64,000 nt of DNA from a virus (lineage: Duplodnaviria > Heunggongvirae > Uroviricota > Caudoviricetes), in IMG/VR virus record IMGVR_UViG_2690316068_000002. One strand, given 5' to 3'. Shown one piece after another: positions 58,120 to 64,000 of the stretch; the first letter of the stretch is position 1; every line of letters begins with the position of its first letter. Position numbers and translations under genes: made by a program. A model generated the notes under the pieces. That model searched no databases and was not told where the DNA came from. It saw nothing but the letters and a program-made list of their open reading frames with translations.

Positions 58120-58598
58120 TGTTGTTTTGCCTCCATATGTTGATCGATTTGCTCATGTGTTTCTTTTGTTGTTTCTTCAAGCAACGCCGCATACACGTCA
58201 GTGATCGCTGTTTGTGATGTGGTGCTCTTCTTAACCATGCCATTAATCGTTACACTGTCACGTTTTCGTTTTATAGTTCTGGCTTGTTTATTCCGTTCTT
58301 CAACCTCCTTAATGAGCGCGGTCATATCTTCGAAATACAGAGATTCTCCTTTACGAATCTCTTCAACCATCATTTTTAACGCCTTGCATTTGCCTGCTTT
58401 GATAGCGGTTGCGCACGACTGGAATGAAGTTCGAGGAAGACGGTTTTCTTTGAAGGCAAGAATGGTGTGCTGGCAAACGGAGTAGCTGCAATATGCCGAC
58501 TCACCGTTTATCTTTACTTCCTCACAACGAAGTGAATAACCATTATTTCCTGAAATAGAGGGGATTTTTGACAAATCAGCTTTCACAACTACCGCCAT
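58116..58598 (-). CDS. Hypothetical protein
   Basis: 160-aa ORF, 4-nt overlap with ligase. Confidence 0.5.
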   Translation of the reverse strand: MAVVVKADLSKIPSISGNNGYSLRCEEVKINGESAYCSYSVCQHTILAFKENRLPRTSFQSCATAIKAGKCKALKMMVEEIRKGESLYFEDMTALIKEVEERNKQARTIKRKRDSVTINGMVKKSTTSQTAITDVYAALLEETTKETHEQIDQHMEAKQQ

Positions 58599-58652
58599 AA
58601 ATAATCTTGTACTTACCTATCGTTATTTGCGTAAAAACGACGCACGGAGAGA

Positions 58653-59435
58653 TTACCAACTTCCCCAGCTAACCATCTTGCGCTGATTGCTTTCTAAGCG
58701 ATAGGGGACAAGAAGCTCTGTGACATGATTGGTGGCGTATGATTTAGCCTCTTGCTCTATCATCGGTAATTCGTTAGCAATCCTGACCATCTTCCCAGCA
58801 AATTCCGCCATTACGCCATCACATGCCTTCCCAGCATCAATAACGATATGCACCAGATCCAACTGGCTTTTGCACATGTCGCAAAGAGACGCATACTCAC
58901 TCTCTCTGATTACATTTACGGCATCATTAGCCCCTTTATTAAGCAAGACTTCCAACAGGTTTGTCGGGGTAACGAAATCGGCTTTAAGTGACAATGTTCT
59001 CTCACCTTTTATCGACCGTAAGTACTCTTCGTAGTTTTGCTTGTCTTCCAGCAAAACTAAGCTATGCATAGTTAGAAGTGATTCCTGAATAGCCTCTTCA
59101 ATAATACTGTCGTTTGGCGCACAAAAAACGGTATTTGTGTAGATCACTTTGCCATCCATCCATGCACCAACCTGCACTTTAAGACTGAGCGGGTTTTCTT
59201 TGCTAATAAAAACAACTAATGCAGAACGCCGTGCACAAGAAGGTTCACCCCATACGTGTAACTCAACTTTCAGATAAGGTAGCCCTGGTAGCGGGATCTC
59301 AACCAAACGAGTGGCGATATGATCCATTGCTGTTTTTACCGCTTTTTCAATGATGTCTAGTCGATTGCTCTCGCTGATTTCTAAACCAGTTTTATCAATG
59401 ATGTCGCAGGCTAATTTCTGAATTTCGTCTTTCAT
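58653..59435 (-). CDS. Hypothetical protein
   Basis: 260-aa ORF. Confidence 0.5.
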   Translation of the reverse strand: MKDEIQKLACDIIDKTGLEISESNRLDIIEKAVKTAMDHIATRLVEIPLPGLPYLKVELHVWGEPSCARRSALVVFISKENPLSLKVQVGAWMDGKVIYTNTVFCAPNDSIIEEAIQESLLTMHSLVLLEDKQNYEEYLRSIKGERTLSLKADFVTPTNLLEVLLNKGANDAVNVIRESEYASLCDMCKSQLDLVHIVIDAGKACDGVMAEFAGKMVRIANELPMIEQEAKSYATNHVTELLVPYRLESNQRKMVSWGSW

Positions 59436-59510
59436 ACCAACTCCTAGCTAACAGATGAAAGTATTCTCACAGAAAGATAAGTAATCATCTACTTATTTTA
59501 AAGGTGATTG

Positions 59511-60692
59511 TTATGATAGAGCCTTAATGCCCAAAACCTTGCTTTGCAACTCCAACTGTTTGGTATACGGTTTTGCCCGATAATAGGCTTTGATAATTTG
59601 TTCTGGCGTTGCACCGCCCGGGTCGAGTCCTTCCTCACCCAAACACGCAACTTTGACATTAAGACCGATACTGGTCAGTCGCCTGGCTGCGGCCATAGTG
59701 TTGCGTATAGCTTGCTTTTCACTATCCCACATCATGATCACATTACGTAACCCACGCGCCTTGAGCGTCAGGAACGCGCCTAACTGATCTTCTGCATCCT
59801 GAGTGGTGTTACCAGATAGATGCATCCCGAACGTTCCTATTGGTTCCACGTAATCACGTAATGTTTCTTCGTCAAAAATAGCTCGTTTAACCCCCATAAC
59901 ATCGAACGCCCCCTCACAGACAACTACAGTCTGTTTGCCGACTGCATTATGGCCGTTGTAGAGAAACTTACCTGAAGCTGGAAGTTGCATAGGAAAGAGG
60001 TAGCGGCGTTCTGCTGTACCGGTAATGTCTCGTCCCTGAAATGTCTTCATTACCCCATCCAGATCGTAAACCGGTATCAGTATTCGCATATCGAATATCT
60101 GTCCTTTAACCTGATCTGTATACGGATCTACATAAGCGTGCTTGCCTTCGACGCAGTATCGTAGGTCAAAATACTTTGCCATTTCAGGTGATATGTTTCG
60201 TTCAACCAGATAGTCTGGAAGACGGCCATCTATAGGAAGTTCGTAATGACGAGGGAGTGCAAGTGGTCCCTCTAACTCGACTGTGCTTGCAAGCACTATC
60301 TCTTCTTTCTTTGGTGCCCACCCCTGGGAAAGAAGGGCGTTCTGCACATATTCCTCGAACTGTCGTCGTGATTTGCCGCTGTAGTGCTTGAGGAAGACCA
60401 GCTTATTGAACTGAATCTCTTCGGGATGATCACCAGCAAAGCATTTGCCGACGCCACTGGTCAGATTGAAATATACCTTCCAGTTGGAGCTGCCGCATAC
60501 CGGACATTCCTTGATATTCACTTCACGACCGCGAGCACTCACGCCTCCACGTCGATAAACGATACCTTCAGTATCCAACCATTGTTCAAAATCTAATTCG
60601 GCAATTAGCTCTTTCAGCTCGCTCACGATAATTCCACTTTTAACAGGCAATATTGTGACCAACCTAAATGTTGATATAACATAAAGGCTCAT
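59511..60692 (-). CDS. DNA primase (zinc ribbon + TOPRIM)
   Basis: Start moved to ATG 60692 with conserved ribosome-binding context; CPVCGSS...C zinc ribbon; VVVCEGAFDVMG TOPRIM. Confidence 0.8.
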   Translation of the reverse strand: MSLYVISTFRLVTILPVKSGIIVSELKELIAELDFEQWLDTEGIVYRRGGVSARGREVNIKECPVCGSSNWKVYFNLTSGVGKCFAGDHPEEIQFNKLVFLKHYSGKSRRQFEEYVQNALLSQGWAPKKEEIVLASTVELEGPLALPRHYELPIDGRLPDYLVERNISPEMAKYFDLRYCVEGKHAYVDPYTDQVKGQIFDMRILIPVYDLDGVMKTFQGRDITGTAERRYLFPMQLPASGKFLYNGHNAVGKQTVVVCEGAFDVMGVKRAIFDEETLRDYVEPIGTFGMHLSGNTTQDAEDQLGAFLTLKARGLRNVIMMWDSEKQAIRNTMAAARRLTSIGLNVKVACLGEEGLDPGGATPEQIIKAYYRAKPYTKQLELQSKVLGIKALS

Positions 60693-60773
60693 GTGTTTTT
60701 CTTTTGTGGTTTGGCAAAAGAAAAGTTGTTTCACAAATGAATCAAGCGTGGAGGTGTTCTCCACGCTTATTTT

Positions 60774-62114
60774 TTAGGTAACGTCTAAGATTCGCTCAAT
60801 GAAACGCATTTGTTCGAGGTTTTGTTTAACGCGAATGCTGATCCCACCCTGCTGGTTACGTGAACCAGCAAAGTAGAGACGAGCCTCTCCTTTCGCTTCT
60901 TCTTCTTCGGTTTTGTTGATCGTTATTACCAGGTCAGCAATACGTACTTTTTCGATGTTATCGGCGGCGTGCATCATTGTGGCAACTTCTGACGCGCCAC
61001 CTTCACGGTTTGTCTGCGATGCCGTGATCCCAGCAACGTTATGCTTGTCATAAAGAGCACGTAAATCGGTGTAGATACTACGAATGTTGGCGCGATCATC
61101 ACGAAGGTCATAACTGGCACGCATCAAATCTGCGTAGTCGACAACAACCATGTCAGGCACCATGCCGTTGGCTTTCATGCTGTTAAGCATACGGTCCAGA
61201 TCTGCCGGTGACATACTTCCTGACGGACGCTCAACAACCCACAAACTACCAATCCCCTTAGAGGCTCCCAACTCTGCCAACTTACGATGAACTTCATCGC
61301 GCCGTTCCACCAACTTGGACATTTCCGTCTCCGACAATCTTGCATCAAAACGGTCGGACAAAATGTTGGTGTGAACCTCCAGCGAGAGATACAGAACATT
61401 GTAGCCAGCAAGCGTTGCGTTTATGGAAAACTCACCCATTGCGGTCGATTTACCGGATTTAGCGAACCCCATGAAGAGCACCATTTCACGCTTCGCCCAG
61501 CCTTTTTGGTACAGCAACCTATCGAGCAGAGGGAGTCCAGTTGTAATGCTGTTTGGCACATACTCCTCTGAGGCCTCATATTCACGCGCTTTCAGTCGCT
61601 CACTTGCTGAGGTGTAGTAGTCATAGATTCCGGTTGCTTCGTTCGAGCCTATCTGCTGAACCTTGGCCATGATTGCCATCGCCCCCTGAAAGTCGCCCTT
61701 CTCTTTCAGTTCAGCAGCCTTAATCAGAGCATCATCAAACGCTACGCTTTTTGCGAAGGTTGATACCTGGTCAACCATGTACGAGGTATCGGACAATTTT
61801 TCTGCAAGGATGCGCTTAAACGCAGCAACAACATCGGCGAATAGTTCCTCACGGATAGTCTTATCGCGTTTCGCACGCTTAAGCATATCCAGAATTGCAG
61901 ATGAAGAGGGCGCGCTCTTGTACATACGGTAATAGCCCGAAACCATATTAACCAATATGGCATTGGCCGCATTGGCAAATTGGTTAGGCACAACCAGATC
62001 TCCCGCACGAGTAAGAAACTCGTGATCACGACAAAAATATGCCGTCAGTCTGTTCTGGAAATCTTCATCAAACTCTTCGGACAGCCCGCGTCCTGTATGG
62101 CAAAGTTCGGTCAT
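60774..62114 (-). CDS. DnaB-like replicative helicase
   Basis: 446 aa; Walker A GFAKSGKS, Walker B VVVDY, ASQTNREG H3 motif. Confidence 0.85.
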   Translation of the reverse strand: MTELCHTGRGLSEEFDEDFQNRLTAYFCRDHEFLTRAGDLVVPNQFANAANAILVNMVSGYYRMYKSAPSSSAILDMLKRAKRDKTIREELFADVVAAFKRILAEKLSDTSYMVDQVSTFAKSVAFDDALIKAAELKEKGDFQGAMAIMAKVQQIGSNEATGIYDYYTSASERLKAREYEASEEYVPNSITTGLPLLDRLLYQKGWAKREMVLFMGFAKSGKSTAMGEFSINATLAGYNVLYLSLEVHTNILSDRFDARLSETEMSKLVERRDEVHRKLAELGASKGIGSLWVVERPSGSMSPADLDRMLNSMKANGMVPDMVVVDYADLMRASYDLRDDRANIRSIYTDLRALYDKHNVAGITASQTNREGGASEVATMMHAADNIEKVRIADLVITINKTEEEEAKGEARLYFAGSRNQQGGISIRVKQNLEQMRFIERILDVT

Positions 62115-62157
62115 GTGCTTTCCTTTGTTTTTTAAACAAATTGTTTTCTAGTATTAG

Positions 62158-62907
62158 TTAATTAGATAGGGGATCAATAAACCGCCGTGCTTCTTCCAGT
62201 TCTTCTGGAAAGTGGGCGGAAATAAGGCGTTCTGGAACGATTTCCATTAGCCAGATAGCGGAGAAAATTGCGCGTATGCGCTTGCTGCGAGGGATGGTGC
62301 GCAAACGCTCCAGAATCCACTCAAAATAGCTTTCCTGAATCGGGTTGAACTGCATGTCTCCCATATGCTTAAAGCTAACCAGAGAGTCATCCAGACGGGT
62401 TGTTGCGCGTCTGGCTAATTTCTCTTCAAATATCTCAATCAGTTCTGGCTGCCACAAATGCTGTGGGCGCGGCAGCTTGTCCCACAGCCGTCGTGCAGCT
62501 GCGGAAAGAACGGTGGAGATAAAGTAGTCGTATGAGCAGCAATAGCGATCCGCAAACTGGCGTGCTTTCCATAGCGACGTTTTATTGGCAGTCGACAACT
62601 CCTGATAAGGCAGGCGTTTTAACCCGGTGGTGAACGGAGCTGTTTCAAAGTGTTCGCGACCGTGCGTCAGCATGATATTTGAGTACTGACGTTTGTATGC
62701 CTCCGTAAAAAGACAGGTGGCCATGAGAGGATGCATGTCGCGGTAATCAAACCACTTCGTCTCGAAGAGTTCAGCCTCGTCTTTACAGCGCGACAAACCA
62801 ATGTTTTCAGCGACCCACTTGTCCATAACAGCGGTATTCCACTCTGTCATGAAGTCGTACTGGTCGTTGTCGATGGTATCGAAAAAGATTTGGCTCATGT
62901 GGCTCAC
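62158..62907 (-). CDS. Hypothetical protein
   Basis: 249-aa ORF with GTG start. Confidence 0.5.
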   Translation of the reverse strand: MSHMSQIFFDTIDNDQYDFMTEWNTAVMDKWVAENIGLSRCKDEAELFETKWFDYRDMHPLMATCLFTEAYKRQYSNIMLTHGREHFETAPFTTGLKRLPYQELSTANKTSLWKARQFADRYCCSYDYFISTVLSAAARRLWDKLPRPQHLWQPELIEIFEEKLARRATTRLDDSLVSFKHMGDMQFNPIQESYFEWILERLRTIPRSKRIRAIFSAIWLMEIVPERLISAHFPEELEEARRFIDPLSN

Positions 62908-63012
62908 CTGGTAGGTAGTTACTTACTTATCACAATGAGCGGATGATAGCGACTGGTGGCAGTTTTTGGAAGTGGAAACGGAAGGGACTTGTTCTGGTGG
63001 GTGTCTTTAAAA

Positions 63013-63069
63013 GACCTGCTTCTGTATATATATAAATACTAATTTACTTATTATATACAGAAGCAGGTC
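63013..63069. repeat. Palindromic element, copy 2 (18-bp perfect arms)
   Basis: gacctgcttctgtatata ... tatatacagaagcaggtc; related to copy at about 15941-15999. Confidence 0.6.
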
Positions 63070-63091
63070 ATAATTGTTGATACTACCAATA

Positions 63092-63847
63092 CTAGTATCC
63101 AAGAAAATCAGTATCTTTCTCTAATCTTATTTTTTCCAGCTTATACGATCCTGGAGGGCACTTCATTTTGTAGATTTCGATACCTGAATCAAATAGTTGA
63201 TGAACATAATTTTGAAGTTGACTGCTAGCCTTACAACCTATTGTTATTTCCTTAATTAAGGATTTATCAAATAATTTCACGCCACAATTCTCGGTTACGA
63301 TTCTAACCTCCTCTTCATATTCCCAGACATCGCTTTTATTTAGGCAAAGAGCCGCTGCAATCTCTTTATCTGAGTCGGTAAAAAAATTTACAACCGGAAC
63401 ATCAGAGGAATATTTGACCTCACCGCGAACAAAAAAACCATCATCAAACGCATTTATAAAACCATCATCAAATCCGATGCAAAAACCAGAGTGAGAATGC
63501 GCATAATGCGACCACATAAGATAATTATCTGGTCTTTTTGTCAAACAAATAACTCCCCGACACTGCAGAAAAGTTGTTCTAATCATATAGTTATCAAAAC
63601 TGCGACTATGTTCTGTTTGACTCAATAACCAGCGTTCAAATTCATCATTGTGATGATTAGGCCAAAGCTCAAAAAATCTTTTCTTAATGGCGTCTATATC
63701 AGCATCATAATCAAAATTAACTTTAAACTCGGCAGGATCGTTGAAATCATTCGGACGAGTTGCTCGAATTTTCCCATCTTCTAAGTAATACTTTAAATAC
63801 TTTATTGTGTCTTCCGGGACGCTACTTCCAACATATTTGTAAAGCAT
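63092..63847 (-). CDS. DUF2971-like protein (AT-rich accessory gene)
   Basis: Start moved to ATG 63847 (MLYKYVGS...); LYKY...FNDP.EF N-terminal pattern and MWSHYA..HSGFCIGF core resemble DUF2971 as recalled. Confidence 0.45.
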   Translation of the reverse strand: MLYKYVGSSVPEDTIKYLKYYLEDGKIRATRPNDFNDPAEFKVNFDYDADIDAIKKRFFELWPNHHNDEFERWLLSQTEHSRSFDNYMIRTTFLQCRGVICLTKRPDNYLMWSHYAHSHSGFCIGFDDGFINAFDDGFFVRGEVKYSSDVPVVNFFTDSDKEIAAALCLNKSDVWEYEEEVRIVTENCGVKLFDKSLIKEITIGCKASSQLQNYVHQLFDSGIEIYKMKCPPGSYKLEKIRLEKDTDFLGY

Positions 63848-63891
63848 AAATATACCTTTTAAGAGAAGGCGTCTAATCACGCCTTCTCTTA

Positions 63892-64000
63892 TCAACCTTT
63901 CTTCATCAACTCGCGTTTGATTTCATCGGTACGCATCGTTACGTCGGCAGCTGTGATCGCCTCGTTAAGTTTCACGATGTCCTCGATTTCCTGCGGTGAC
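63892..64000 (-). CDS. Hypothetical protein, C-terminal fragment (5' end beyond window)
   Basis: Open frame to window edge ending ...IKRELMKKG-stop. Confidence 0.35.
   Translation of the reverse strand, partial: SPQEIEDIVKLNEAITAADVTMRTDEIKRELMKKG

Larger units (their letters stand above)
2233..64000. mobile_element. Phage-plasmid-like element (partial; replication and early region), continuing past window end
   Basis: Phage-type replisome and dNTP-synthesis genes plus plasmid iteron replicon, HumD-like gene with SOS box, methyltransferases, tRNAs and integrase; gene content differs sharply from the metG-mrp host segment. Confidence 0.6.

Noticed and set aside
63021-63038. Possible LexA box (CTGTATATATATAAATAC) inside the palindromic element
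   Set aside because: No ACAG half-site at N8 spacing; the matching ACAG is about 30 bp away as part of the long inverted repeat.

Overview
The window opens with about 2.2 kb of enterobacterial core genes (the 5' part of metG on the minus strand, divergent mrp/apbC on the plus strand) and then switches to about 62 kb of phage-like DNA, almost all coded on the minus strand. That region carries a near-complete DNA replication, recombination and nucleotide-metabolism module: DnaE-type Pol III alpha with PHP domain, a separate DnaQ-like proofreading exonuclease, DnaB-like helicase, primase, gp32-like SSB, RecA-like recombinase, FEN/5'-3' exonuclease, RNase HI, ATP-dependent ligase, SbcCD-like nuclease, RuvC-like resolvase, class Ia RNR NrdAB with glutaredoxin, thymidylate synthase, DHFR and a dNMP kinase. 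Embedded in it is a plasmid-type replicon: a Rep initiator gene flanked by 5 upstream and about 13 downstream 15-bp iterons, with a consensus DnaA box and a cluster of six GATC sites. Together with a LexA-box-controlled UmuD'-like (HumD-like) gene, two DNA methyltransferases, a tyrosine recombinase and a four-tRNA cluster (Ser, Thr, Tyr, Asn), this reads as a phage-plasmid of the SSU5/pHCM2 or P1 lifestyle class. That attribution is from memory of those families; no search was run. The most interesting unexplained signals are: a 20-bp palindromic motif (ATAGGTAAGT-NN-TTACCTAT) dispersed in at least 12 intergenic regions; a second conserved motif (TTAAACAAGTTGTTTTC) next to a stereotyped ribosome-binding context upstream of many genes; an HD-domain (p)ppGpp-hydrolase-like gene; a ClpX-type zinc-finger protein; a possible toxin-antitoxin pair with a palindrome-overlapped sigma70 promoter; a CobS/CobT-like AAA+/VWA pair; and AT-rich accessory genes (DUF2971-like, a membrane-anchored 429-aa protein) beside an integrase/tRNA hotspot. 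No defined novel system could be established from sequence alone. Motif coordinates were read by eye and may be off by 1-2 bp; CDS coordinates follow the ORF track, with starts adjusted where a frame-consistent internal ATG and Shine-Dalgarno were evident.
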